DNA of 64,000 nt from Ignavibacteria bacterium. GTDB lineage: Bacteria; Bacteroidota; Ignavibacteria; UBA10030; F1-140-MAGs086. Where the stretch lies: contig VGWC01000004.1 of assembly GCA_016873775.1 (NCBI GenBank), forward strand, positions 1,830 through 65,829, written 5' to 3'. A program made the position numbers and the translations under genes. This document shows positions 48,474 through 57,931 of the stretch, one piece after another. Below the pieces are notes generated by a model. The model was not told the origin of the DNA. It did no database searches and saw nothing but the letters and a program-made list of their open reading frames with translations. Within the stretch, counting starts at the first letter, position 1; the number at the start of each line of letters is the position of its first letter.

Positions 48474-49555
48474 CTACACAAGAAAAATGTTCGCAATGCA
48501 ATGCAACATTAACAGGTGCCGATAAATATTGTCCCGAGTGCGGCAACAAGATTGATTGGGGAAAAAAGGGCAGCGACGATTTATACAATTTTTTTTCCAA
48601 GAAAGAAAATCTTCCCCAAAAGAAAACACGCGGAGGAAAATTCGTCTGCGATTTTTGCGGATATTCGAATAGTAAAAACGCATCCTATTGTGAAGGTTGT
48701 GGAGCAATTCTCTCTGTCGCACATTCTGCCGATGCGGACATAGCGGAAGAAGTAGAATTATTGTTCAATCAACCGCAGGTAAAACAGGCAGAACCAAAAT
48801 TGCCCGAGGAAATTTCTTTGCAAAAACAAAAAACTGTTTTCAATGAAAAACACCAGGAGCAGAAAATCGAAGCGCCAAAAATCTCTTCAGAAGTAGAAGA
48901 AAAAATTCCATCATACACCTTTGAACACAAATCGGAAAAGAAGCCAACGTACATTCCTCATGAAAAACCGAAAGTAGTGGAAGAATCGGTTATAAAAGAA
49001 CAAGTGAACGTGAAGACAAGAAAAAAAATTGATTTGTGGAAAATCTATCTCGCGTTTGTTGTGTTATTTTTGTTTGCATTGTTGTTTTTTACTTTTTATA
49101 GTGAAAAGAAAGCAGTCGTTCCGCAGACTCAACAACAATCTGAACCAGAACTTCAGCATTTGCAGCAATTAGAGGAGGAAATGAAAGCGCATCCGAATGA
49201 CGCAGAAGCGGTTTTGCATTATGCAAATGCGCTTCACGATGCAAGAATGTTCCCCCGCGCAATAGAACAATACATCAACTATCTTTCAATGAATCCCAAG
49301 AACGCAGATGCATTAGTGGATTTAGGTATTTGTTATTTCGAAACGAACAATGCAACAACCGCAATTACGAATATGAAAAAAGCAATTGCCATTCAACCGA
49401 AGCATCAAAAAGCGCATTTCAACATTGGGATTATTTCTTTGAACATAGGGGATATGAATACAGCAAAGGATTATTTTCAGAAAGCGGCACAACTAGATGA
49501 AAATTCGGAAACGGGAAAGCGTGCGAACGAATTTTTACAAACTCATTTTAAGTAA
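48470..49555 (+). CDS. double zinc-ribbon protein with a transmembrane segment and C-terminal TPR repeats
   Basis: Two zinc ribbons (CSQCNATLTGADKYCPECGNKI and CDFCGYSNSKNASYCEGCGA). A transmembrane helix (IYLAFVVLFLFALLFFTFY). Three or more TPR-like repeats at the C-terminus. Confidence 0.6.
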   Translation: MTTQEKCSQCNATLTGADKYCPECGNKIDWGKKGSDDLYNFFSKKENLPQKKTRGGKFVCDFCGYSNSKNASYCEGCGAILSVAHSADADIAEEVELLFNQPQVKQAEPKLPEEISLQKQKTVFNEKHQEQKIEAPKISSEVEEKIPSYTFEHKSEKKPTYIPHEKPKVVEESVIKEQVNVKTRKKIDLWKIYLAFVVLFLFALLFFTFYSEKKAVVPQTQQQSEPELQHLQQLEEEMKAHPNDAEAVLHYANALHDARMFPRAIEQYINYLSMNPKNADALVDLGICYFETNNATTAITNMKKAIAIQPKHQKAHFNIGIISLNIGDMNTAKDYFQKAAQLDENSETGKRANEFLQTHFK

Positions 49556-49585
49556 TAATTTTAACTTTAATTAGAAAGAAAAAAA

Positions 49586-49681
49586 ATGCCTTGCGGAAAA
49601 AAACGTAAACGACATAAAATGTCAACGCATAAGCGAAAAAAACGTTTGCGAAAGAATCGGCACAAGAAACGAAACCGATAA
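49586..49681 (+). CDS. tiny basic protein resembling ribosomal protein bS22 (31 aa)
   Basis: ATG at 49586 gives MPCGKKRKRHKMSTHKRKKRLRKNRHKKRNR*. This is extremely Lys/Arg-rich and resembles the bS22 (AURKAIP1-like) small subunit protein known from Bacteroidota and Actinobacteria ribosomes. The ORF track misses it (under 60 aa). It is followed by a terminator hairpin. Confidence 0.45.
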   Translation: MPCGKKRKRHKMSTHKRKKRLRKNRHKKRNR

Positions 49682-49697
49682 TGTTGAACGAGTTATG

Positions 49698-49738
49698 ATA
49701 TATGAGATGTGCGTATAACAAACGCATATCTCATATTT
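49698..49738 (+). terminator. rho-independent terminator
   Basis: Hairpin ATATGAGATGTGCGT-ataacaa-ACGCATATCTCATAT (one G:U pair) followed by TTTTC. Confidence 0.5.
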
Positions 49739-50357
49739 TCTATACTTCGATGATGAAACGGAAATCGTTGATTGTTGTTTATTTCTATAGTATGTTTAGA
49801 AAACAATATTTCGCCGAGTTGGAGTTCGTACGTTCATAATCAGATAAATCGTTTTAGATAGAACACTTATCGGGCAAATACAACTGTTTTTTCAACGATA
49901 CGCGGAAGCGCTATATCATTTAATTGATATTGATTTTAACGATATGTATTCGTTTGAGATATCTTCCGTGCGATTTTTCTGCCGCAATTCAAATGTTTTC
50001 GTACAATACAATAACGGCAATTGAAATGCTTCGTTGGAAATTGCTTTAGCGATAGAAAGTTTATCTATTACAATGAAATTGCACGACAACGATTGGTTAC
50101 TGAAATAGAGTGCGTGGCTCTATCGTTATATTGCCGCTGTGCGTTAAAGATGAGCGGCAAAAAAAAATAAGATAGGCAATTACAAAAGTCAACAGAGCGA
50201 ACAGTGTGTTTCTGGTACACTGCGTGGGTGAATGCCGGAAAAACCACAGTTGCACAAAAAAATAAATTTTTAAAAATGAACAAGTGTTTTTTGTTAGTTT
50301 GTTTTTAATTTTTAAGAGAAGTTTGTATAATTAACCCAACATTTCGGAGAACAATTT

Positions 50358-50705
50358 ATGTATCAAAATAAAAAAGAAGGCCTGGGAAAAGGTCTGCTTC
50401 TAGGATTTCTTATCGGAGGAATTGCAGGAGCAATAACTGGATTATTACTTGCGCCAAAAACCGGGAGAGAACTTCGAAGCGATATTCAAAGAAAATCGGA
50501 TGAAATAAAAGACGGTGCAAAAAAAATATTTACCGACACATCTTCCAAGATTCGAGGATTCGGAAAAACTGCTTACGAGCGAGGCGAAGAATTGTATGAT
50601 ACTGCTGGAGAAATTATTTCTGATACGATGGAACAAACATCGAAATTTTCCGATGCAGTCAAAGCAGGCTACGGAGCGTATAAAGAAGAACGAGACCGAG
50701 CATAA
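50358..50705 (+). CDS. YtxH-like stress/membrane protein
   Basis: 115 aa with ...GLGKGLLLGFLIGGIAGAITGLLLAPKTGRELRSDIQRKSDE... (Gly-zipper transmembrane segment followed by a charged coiled region), characteristic of YtxH. Confidence 0.6.
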   Translation: MYQNKKEGLGKGLLLGFLIGGIAGAITGLLLAPKTGRELRSDIQRKSDEIKDGAKKIFTDTSSKIRGFGKTAYERGEELYDTAGEIISDTMEQTSKFSDAVKAGYGAYKEERDRA

Positions 50706-50717
50706 GCACTTTCTTTT

Positions 50718-51107
50718 ATGACTGAAACTACACTTCTCATCATTGTTATTCTTTCGTCGCTTTGCGTTTCCGCTGCGAGTATTTACCTCGTGATGATTTT
50801 TTATCGGATGGAAAAAAGTTTAGACCACCTTGATAAAAAGGTAAGCGCACTCTGCGAACAAACATTTCCGATTCTTGAGAATTTGAATGCCATTACGACA
50901 AAAGTTCGAACAATTACTGATAACCTTAACGAACAACTCTCGATAGTGAAGGATTCTGTTGAAAGTTTTCGAATTGCGATGGATGAAATTATTGCGTTCA
51001 AACGGAAAGTGCAACATCGCATCGAAGAACCCGTTATGGATTCCGTTTCATTTGTAACAGCGTTCGTGAAAGGCATTAAAGCTTTTTTTGAAAGAATGAG
51101 AAGTTGA
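50718..51107 (+). CDS. DUF948-like membrane protein (YtxG-like partner of YtxH)
   Basis: 129 aa with an N-terminal transmembrane helix and coiled-coil. Gene order and size fit the YtxG/YtxH pair. Confidence 0.5.
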   Translation: MTETTLLIIVILSSLCVSAASIYLVMIFYRMEKSLDHLDKKVSALCEQTFPILENLNAITTKVRTITDNLNEQLSIVKDSVESFRIAMDEIIAFKRKVQHRIEEPVMDSVSFVTAFVKGIKAFFERMRS

Positions 51108-51289
51108 AAAAAATCCTCTTGACAATTTTTTCACAACGAAAGGAACAATATGTTGGCATTGTTCTTTTGCGCAACAGAATGCAGTAATTGGTTGCGTAAC
51201 AAATTTCACTTCTAAGTTTTTTCCCTTTCGACAATTCGTACATTTCTACAAGTTTATTCAATTATTTAACACACATCCTACTATTTTTT

Positions 51290-53434
51290 ATGAAAGAATT
51301 TTCCACTGAACAAATCAGAAATATAGCAGTTGCTGGGCACGGAGGTTCCGGAAAAACATCATTTACCGAAGCAATACTTTTTACTGCGGGCGCATCAACG
51401 CGTTTGGGAAAAGTCGAAGATGGTTCCACCCATTCCGATTATCGCGCCGACGAAATAGAACGAAAAATTTCTATCAACACTTCGTTATTGAATTGTGAAT
51501 GGAACAATACAAAAATCAATATCCTCGATACTCCCGGATATACGGATTTCACGGGCGATGTAAAAGCATCAATGCGAGTTGCCGATACTGCAGTCATTGT
51601 ACTCAAAGCATTTGAAGGAGTTGAAGTCGGAACGGAACTTGCGTGGAATTATACAAAGGAATATCAACTTCCAACAATTTTTGTCATCAATAAAATTGAC
51701 GGCGAACACGTTGATTTGCCAAAGGTTTTGAAAATGGTTCACGACCGTTTTGGCGGAGATGTAACAGTTGTTGAAATCCCTCTTGTTACTGGTCCTAATT
51801 TTCACGGTGTTGTTGATATTCTCAAAATGAAAGCGTTGGAATATCAATCGGATAAAGGAAAATATGTTGAAAAAGAAATTCCTTCTGACCATTTGCAAGA
51901 AGCAAAATATTTACGCGAATCATTTATTGAAAAAATTGCAGAGAGCGACGAAAAACTGATAGAGAAATTTTTTGAACAAGGAACTTTGAGCGACGAGGAA
52001 TTGCGCAACGGATTTCAAACAGCATTTTTCAACAGAAAAATATTTCCTTTGCTTTCTTGTTCTTCCACTAAAAATGTTGGTATCGCGGGCTTGTTAGATT
52101 TTCTTATTGAGTATGCACCGCATCCGGCACAACGCGATAAAACAAAAGCCAAATTTTCCGGAACAGAAAAAGAAATAATTATTCCGATGGAAAGTAAAGG
52201 AGAACCTGTTGGGTTTATTTTCAAAACTGTTTCAGAACCACACGTGGGCGAACTTTCATTCTTCAAAGTGTATTCCGGAACGTTTACCCATGGTTTGGAT
52301 TTGGTAAATCAAAAAAACGGAAAACCGGAACGCCTCTCGCAACTGTACGTAATGAATGGAAAGGAAAGAAAAGAAGTTGGTCATGTGTTTGCTGGCGATT
52401 TAGCCGCAGTAGTAAAATTAAAAGATACGCATACAAACAACACTCTATCGAGCAAATCATTTTCTATTGTACTTCCACTCATACAATTTCCGGAACCGGT
52501 AATCAGTCAATCCATTACTGCAAAATCGAAAGGGGACGAAGATAAAATCGGAAACGCACTTCATCGTTTGCACGAAGAAGACCCGACATTTGTTGTTTCT
52601 CACGATCAGGAATTGGTGCAAACAATAATCAATGGACAAGGTGAATTGCATTTAACGATATTAGTGAAACGAATGAAAGACCGCTATGGAGTTGAAGTAG
52701 ATATTCGTGAACCTCGTTATGCTTTCCGGGAACGCATACGTGGAACATCGCGCGTAAGTTATCGTCATAAAAAACAATCGGGCGGCGCAGGTCAATTCGG
52801 AGAAGTATATTTTCATATGGAAGCGTATCGTGAAGGCGCGCCATATCCATCGGATTTGACTATTCGCGGAAAGGAACTGGAAGATTTGCCGTGGGGAGGA
52901 AAACTCGAATTTGTGAACGCCATTGTTGGAGGAGCGGTTGATGCAAAATTTGTTCCAGCAGTAAAAAAAGGGATTATGGATATAATGACAAGCGGAGTTA
53001 TTGCCGGATATCCGGTTTCTGATGTGCGTGTCATTTTACACGATGGGAAAATGCATCCCGTAGATTCGAATGAAAATGCGTTCAAAACTGCGGGTAAAAT
53101 GGCGTTCAAAGATGGATTTTTACAGTCGAAACCTGTATTGTACGAACCGATTTATGAAATTGAAGTAACTGTTCCCGAAGAAAATATGGGTGATATCATG
53201 GGAGATATTTCAGGACGCAGGGGAAAAATTTTAGGAATGGATTCGAACGGAACGTATCAAATTGTCAAAGCATTAGTTCCGTTGAAAGAATTATACCGCT
53301 ATTCGACAACAGTTCGTTCGATGACGCAGGGACGCGGAATTCATCGGCAGAAGTTTGCGCACTACGAAGAAATGCCTCGTGAAATTATGGAAAAAGTTAT
53401 TACAGAAGCAAAACATAAAGTTGAAGAGGAATAG
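51290..53434 (+). CDS. elongation factor G paralogue (EF-G2-like translational GTPase)
   Basis: 714 aa with G1 AVAGHGGSGKTS, G3 DTPGYTDF and G4 NKID motifs, plus EF-G domains II-V. It stands alone, not in the str operon. Confidence 0.8.
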   Translation: MKEFSTEQIRNIAVAGHGGSGKTSFTEAILFTAGASTRLGKVEDGSTHSDYRADEIERKISINTSLLNCEWNNTKINILDTPGYTDFTGDVKASMRVADTAVIVLKAFEGVEVGTELAWNYTKEYQLPTIFVINKIDGEHVDLPKVLKMVHDRFGGDVTVVEIPLVTGPNFHGVVDILKMKALEYQSDKGKYVEKEIPSDHLQEAKYLRESFIEKIAESDEKLIEKFFEQGTLSDEELRNGFQTAFFNRKIFPLLSCSSTKNVGIAGLLDFLIEYAPHPAQRDKTKAKFSGTEKEIIIPMESKGEPVGFIFKTVSEPHVGELSFFKVYSGTFTHGLDLVNQKNGKPERLSQLYVMNGKERKEVGHVFAGDLAAVVKLKDTHTNNTLSSKSFSIVLPLIQFPEPVISQSITAKSKGDEDKIGNALHRLHEEDPTFVVSHDQELVQTIINGQGELHLTILVKRMKDRYGVEVDIREPRYAFRERIRGTSRVSYRHKKQSGGAGQFGEVYFHMEAYREGAPYPSDLTIRGKELEDLPWGGKLEFVNAIVGGAVDAKFVPAVKKGIMDIMTSGVIAGYPVSDVRVILHDGKMHPVDSNENAFKTAGKMAFKDGFLQSKPVLYEPIYEIEVTVPEENMGDIMGDISGRRGKILGMDSNGTYQIVKALVPLKELYRYSTTVRSMTQGRGIHRQKFAHYEEMPREIMEKVITEAKHKVEEE

Positions 53435-53517
53435 AATTTCGTTGTATATTTTCCATAGCGCATTAATATTGAAAATTGTTTGTATGAAAATTTTCCATCT
53501 AAAATCGAACAATTAAA

Positions 53518-54015
53518 ATGGAACGACTTTGGTCTCCGTGGCGCTCAAAATACATTGCAACGTTTTCTGAAAAAAAAGAAAACAAGAAAGAATCGTGCGC
53601 AATGTGTGAAGCATATAAAGCGAACGACGATGATGAACGTCTTATCGCTTGGAGAGAACAACATTGTTTCGTCTTGATGAATTTGTTTCCGTATAACAGC
53701 GGGCATTTATTGATTGTACCATATAAACATACCGCAACAATCAGTAATCTCGATGAGAATGAGAGGAAGGAAATAATGCAATTGATATGCAACCTTTCCG
53801 AAGTACTGCGTTCCGTGATGCATGCTGAAGGATTAAATATCGGATGTAATGTTGGTCGTATTGCAGGTGCAGGAATTGAAAGCCATATTCATTTTCATAT
53901 TGTTCCCCGATGGAACGGCGACACAAATTTTCTTCCGGTTTTTGCCGACACAAAAGTTATTTCAGAAGAAATGCATGGTACGATGGTGAAGTTACGGAGA
54001 GCATTTGGAGTGTGA
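53518..54015 (+). CDS. HIT-family (histidine triad) nucleotide hydrolase/transferase
   Basis: 165 aa with the HIHFHIVPRW histidine triad (HxHxHxx) and an upstream ...NSGHLLIVPYKH.... Confidence 0.7.
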   Translation: MERLWSPWRSKYIATFSEKKENKKESCAMCEAYKANDDDERLIAWREQHCFVLMNLFPYNSGHLLIVPYKHTATISNLDENERKEIMQLICNLSEVLRSVMHAEGLNIGCNVGRIAGAGIESHIHFHIVPRWNGDTNFLPVFADTKVISEEMHGTMVKLRRAFGV

Positions 54016-54028
54016 CGTAATATTCATT

Positions 54029-55213
54029 TCATAAAATTGGATGATACGCTAAACTCGAACCCACCCACGTTTTATTTTTGTTAAAATTTACTCCCATCAT
54101 TTTTCCTTTGCTCATTCGAACAAGATTGTTCACGAGCAATGGTAGTTCTTTCCATACGAACATCATTCGTATTTCTGCTTTTGCACATCCGTCTGGAGTT
54201 TCTACGAGTTGTGCGTAGTCTATTTTTTTTTGTAAAATAAAATTTTGTTTATCAGGAATTCCGTCAAGAAGTTCTTTGGTAACATCAATTTCGACTCCAG
54301 CGCCTGCAAATGAATATAACGGCTTCAAAACGTACTGATGTAAATTTACCGGATACGTATGAAGGTCGTTCAAAAAAAACGAAGCAGGAGCGTACGCACT
54401 TTTGATGAACGGAAGAGAAAATTTGCTGATTCGGAAAAACCAATTCGGATGTCCAATCCATTCAACATCGAGTTCGTCGGTAAACTGGAAATTCAGTGAA
54501 AGGTTTTTTCGTTGAAGTTCGTCAAAGATAACGCGGTTGTAAATTTTTTCGATGAGAATTTCTTTTCCGTTTTCTTTGTAAAAAAGTTTTTTCCCTCGTT
54601 TGAAAATTTTCGTGATACATTTGCTTTTCACTCCCAGCATTGATTCTGTACACGCAAAATCAATGCGGGTTTTTTGACGTTCGGGTTCTATTTCGAGGAG
54701 AATAACATTTTCGGGAGAAGCGTTTCCGATAATAATTTCCTTGAGTAATTGAATATACGATGAGCCGTTGAAACCATTGAAATACGGTTCAAAATTATTC
54801 GGAACGAAAAAATGATTTCGTGTTACGGTATCAAGCAGCACCTGAAAACAATATAATGATGGAAAACCCTGCAGTTCTATGAGTTGCGGAATGAATGTTC
54901 CGTTTCCATCTTGAGAAATTGCAAAATCAATTTGCAGAAATGTTGGATGTTCCGTTTCATTCGGAACGACAAGATTTTTCGGAATTGCTTTTTTTGAATG
55001 TTCAAGATATTCGTTGGAAAATATGAACGAGATAATTTCGTTTGCTGCGAATACAAGTTGTCGTGTCAACGTTTCGGAAAGAAACAGCGGTGTTTCACAC
55101 GAGCGAAAATCGGTGGGATATTTTTCCTTCGTGTTGAGTTCGTGCAGAAAAGCGTTATATGCTTGTTCGGTAAATTCTTCGTTGTATTTTTTTCTAAGTT
55201 CAGGAATCATCAA
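54029..55213 (-). CDS. hypothetical protein, possible ATP-grasp-like amidoligase (last gene of the ligase operon)
   Basis: 394 aa with no canonical motif I can name. The segment LKPLYSFAGAGVEIDV resembles an ATP-grasp Gly-rich loop. It is in an operon with the YbdK, ATP-grasp and M29 peptidase genes. Confidence 0.35.
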   Translation of the reverse strand: MMIPELRKKYNEEFTEQAYNAFLHELNTKEKYPTDFRSCETPLFLSETLTRQLVFAANEIISFIFSNEYLEHSKKAIPKNLVVPNETEHPTFLQIDFAISQDGNGTFIPQLIELQGFPSLYCFQVLLDTVTRNHFFVPNNFEPYFNGFNGSSYIQLLKEIIIGNASPENVILLEIEPERQKTRIDFACTESMLGVKSKCITKIFKRGKKLFYKENGKEILIEKIYNRVIFDELQRKNLSLNFQFTDELDVEWIGHPNWFFRISKFSLPFIKSAYAPASFFLNDLHTYPVNLHQYVLKPLYSFAGAGVEIDVTKELLDGIPDKQNFILQKKIDYAQLVETPDGCAKAEIRMMFVWKELPLLVNNLVRMSKGKMMGVNFNKNKTWVGSSLAYHPIL

Positions 55214-55256
55214 TGCTTCAGTGAGAGATGAATAAAAGGAAATTGTTCTTCTTTAC

Positions 55257-56291
55257 TCAAATAAGAAACGTGCCGTTTTTCATTACTTGTTCGCTATCCA
55301 TCCAAATATCAAAACTGCGTCCAACGCAGTCAATATGCGTAGTAGAAACCCAAGTTGCGCCGGTGTGGTCGCCGTACGGATTTCCGAAAGCGATATGTAC
55401 GCCGGGAATTTTTTCATCTTGTAAAATTTGACCGCTGATTTCTTGAACGGCGATATTTGTTCCGATAGCAAATTCGCCGACTCGGTTACTGTTTTCATCT
55501 GTTGAGACATATTCGGAAAATTCATCCAGGAGTTTTTTGTTTGTGCAACGCAAATTTTTAATTATGCTATTTTCAATATCAATGAAGAGCGGCGTTTCTT
55601 TTATGTCGCCAAAACGTGGACAAAGATAATCGCCAACGACGCCGTCAACAACAAATAATCCGTTCACCGTTGCAGGAGTAGTCAGAATTTCGCCGCCGGG
55701 TAAATTTCCCCATTTTTCTGTTGTAATAATACCGCTTGTTTTCAACCATTTGAGCGAAGGAGAAAATTCTGCAATAATATTTGTACCTCCTTTTGAACGG
55801 GCGCGAATCATTTTTGCTTTTCGCGCTTTTTCAACAAGGATAGTGCTGATTGCATCAACATTGTGAAAATCTGCACGCATTCCTTCACACATAATTTTTT
55901 TGGTAATATTTACCATGTGTGCGTGTCGAATTTTATATTTGTTCACAACGTTTGTCATTTGAATGCGCGAGCCGAGTTCTCCCGATTGTGCTACACACGC
56001 AAAGATACTCACGTGCGATTTTGCAAGGTCGTCAAGAATAATTTGCGGCATATCATTGAGAGGACGTTGCGCATAATTTTCCAGAACAAACAGAGAAAAT
56101 TCTGAGCCAACGTTGATGATTTCGTGCACTAACGAAGCGGCAATTTCAAAACATTCGTTGTCGGTGATGATTGTAACTCGCTCATTGCGTTGTAAGCGCA
56201 AACAAGTACCGATGGCATTATGTGCGCCGAGTGAAAGTTCGGAATCAAAAATATTATCTTGCGGCGTATTTGTATTGTTGTATTGCGGCAT
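55257..56291 (-). CDS. M29-family (AmpS/aminopeptidase T-like) aminopeptidase
   Basis: 344 aa. ...VGEFAIGTNIAVQEISGQILQDEKIPGVHIAFGNPYGDHTGATWVSTTHIDCV... matches the conserved C-terminal GEF.IGTN...G..L.DEKI.G.VHIA.G motif of the M29 peptidase family. Confidence 0.6.
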   Translation of the reverse strand: MPQYNNTNTPQDNIFDSELSLGAHNAIGTCLRLQRNERVTIITDNECFEIAASLVHEIINVGSEFSLFVLENYAQRPLNDMPQIILDDLAKSHVSIFACVAQSGELGSRIQMTNVVNKYKIRHAHMVNITKKIMCEGMRADFHNVDAISTILVEKARKAKMIRARSKGGTNIIAEFSPSLKWLKTSGIITTEKWGNLPGGEILTTPATVNGLFVVDGVVGDYLCPRFGDIKETPLFIDIENSIIKNLRCTNKKLLDEFSEYVSTDENSNRVGEFAIGTNIAVQEISGQILQDEKIPGVHIAFGNPYGDHTGATWVSTTHIDCVGRSFDIWMDSEQVMKNGTFLI

Positions 56292-56294
56292 AAA

Positions 56295-57404
56295 TTATTG
56301 TAAACCAATGTGTGTTTCTGAAATAATATAATCAACAACTTTTTTGACATCTTGTGTTTTGTTCCACACATCAAGTTGTCTATCGGCGCCGGTTCCCATT
56401 GCGGCGATGTTCATGAGGTAATTCACATCGTTGCGGCAATCAAGTTCGTCAACCACATCGTCAACAAATTCAATCAGTTCCATCATCAATAATTTTGCAT
56501 CCACTTCTTCTTGCTTTCCCAAATCAATAAGTTTTCCTTGGATACCATATCGAGCGGCGCGCCATTTATTTTCATTGAGTAAAATTCTTCGGTATAAACG
56601 AAAACCGAGATTTGCTTTGATGAGTTTGTATAATTTTGCTGTGATTGCCTGAGCAGTTGCCGCAAGAGCAATAGTTTCATCAACGCGCATTGGTAAATCG
56701 AAGACGCGATATTCAATGGTATCAAAAAACGGATGAATGCGCACATCCCACCAAATTTTTTTAGGATTGTCAATACAGTTCAATTTGATGAGCCAACTGA
56801 TATAATTATCGTATTCCGAAAGACTCACAAAATGGTCGGGAATTCCTGTACGCGGAAATCGTTCGAAAATTTTTGTGCGATACGATTTAAATCCTGTATT
56901 TCTTCCGAGCCAAAAAGGAGAGTTCGTAGAAAATGCGAGAAGGTGCGGAAGAAAATAACGCGCGGCATTCATAATGTTAATGGCAATTTCGCGATTTGGA
57001 AGCCCAACGTGAACATGAAGTCCGAAAATTAAATTTGCGCGCGCGACATCCTGCATATCATCTACAATAGTTTTGTAACGCGGATGTTCAGTAATTTTTT
57101 GTTTTGACCAATGAGAAAAAGGATGTGTTCCTGCCGCCGCTATGCGTAATCCGCTTTCTTTTGCAAGTTGTGCAAGTGTACTTCGAAGTTGAATTACTTC
57201 TTTGCGAGCGGCTGTAATGTTTTCGCAAATGTTTGTTCCAACTTCAACGACGGATTGATGCATTTCCGGTTTTACTTGTTCCAAAAGCACACGTTTTCCT
57301 TGTTCGAGAATTTGATTGATGTGGGAACGCAATTCTCGCGTTTCCGGATCAACGATTTGAAATTCTTCTTCTATTCCGAGTGTGAATAATTTTTTTTCTG
57401 ACAT
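56295..57404 (-). CDS. ybdK: carboxylate-amine ligase, YbdK/GCS2 family (gamma-glutamylcysteine synthetase 2-like)
   Basis: 369 aa. ...LFTLGIEEEFQIVD...LRIAAAGTHPF...LIFGLHVHVGLPN...WWDVRIHPFFDTIEYRVFD... is collinear with E. coli YbdK. Confidence 0.8.
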   Translation of the reverse strand: MSEKKLFTLGIEEEFQIVDPETRELRSHINQILEQGKRVLLEQVKPEMHQSVVEVGTNICENITAARKEVIQLRSTLAQLAKESGLRIAAAGTHPFSHWSKQKITEHPRYKTIVDDMQDVARANLIFGLHVHVGLPNREIAINIMNAARYFLPHLLAFSTNSPFWLGRNTGFKSYRTKIFERFPRTGIPDHFVSLSEYDNYISWLIKLNCIDNPKKIWWDVRIHPFFDTIEYRVFDLPMRVDETIALAATAQAITAKLYKLIKANLGFRLYRRILLNENKWRAARYGIQGKLIDLGKQEEVDAKLLMMELIEFVDDVVDELDCRNDVNYLMNIAAMGTGADRQLDVWNKTQDVKKVVDYIISETHIGLQ

Positions 57405-57913
57405 AGTTTTATCAATAATAGAATTTTTATTATCTCATTACCACAAGTTTCTTCATACTTACCAAATCTACTTGCGCAGACTTTCAACAACGCATCGGTA
57501 ACGCCAACGTCGTCGGCAGTAAGTGCAATTGTTGCAGAGTCGAGTGTGGTTATTGTGAGTGTTTTGGATGAATCGTATCTCGTGTTTCCCCGCAATCGGT
57601 ATGCTTTGTAGGTATAGGTGCGTCCGCGGAAAAGTGTTGTATCGAGGAGGAGCGTATCTTGTGCAACGAGCGTATCGGTAATAAAGTGTACGCCATTTTT
57701 AAAGAGAGAAAAACTTCTCGGCGGTTTTGTCTCTGTAAAATGTAATCGCAATACTATTCTTGTAATACCAATACTTTCAGTAGATATGCTTACCGTCGGT
57801 ATATACTCCGGCATAGGAGGAATTTCTCTGCATTTCAATAAAAGCAAAAGAATAATCACTCCAGTATAGACAATTCGGAGAAACACCAAAAATATTTTTT
57901 TTGGAATATTCAT
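57371..57913 (-). CDS. small secreted or membrane-anchored hypothetical protein
   Basis: ORF 57371..57925. The probable start is MNIPKKIFLVFLRIVYTGVIILLLLL (hydrophobic N-terminus). The 3' end overlaps the ybdK start by 34 nt. No known domain. Confidence 0.35.
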   Translation of the reverse strand: MNIPKKIFLVFLRIVYTGVIILLLLLKCREIPPMPEYIPTVSISTESIGITRIVLRLHFTETKPPRSFSLFKNGVHFITDTLVAQDTLLLDTTLFRGRTYTYKAYRLRGNTRYDSSKTLTITTLDSATIALTADDVGVTDALLKVCASRFGKYEETCGNEIIKILLLIKLCQKKNYSHSE

Positions 57914-57931
57914 TCTGTGATACAATACATA

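Noticed and set aside
50128-50170. Hairpin GCCGCTGTGCGTTAAAGATGAGCGGC followed by an A9 run as a terminator
   Set aside because: On the plus strand the hairpin is followed by A, not T. On the minus strand the U-run would precede the hairpin. It is not a canonical intrinsic terminator in either orientation.
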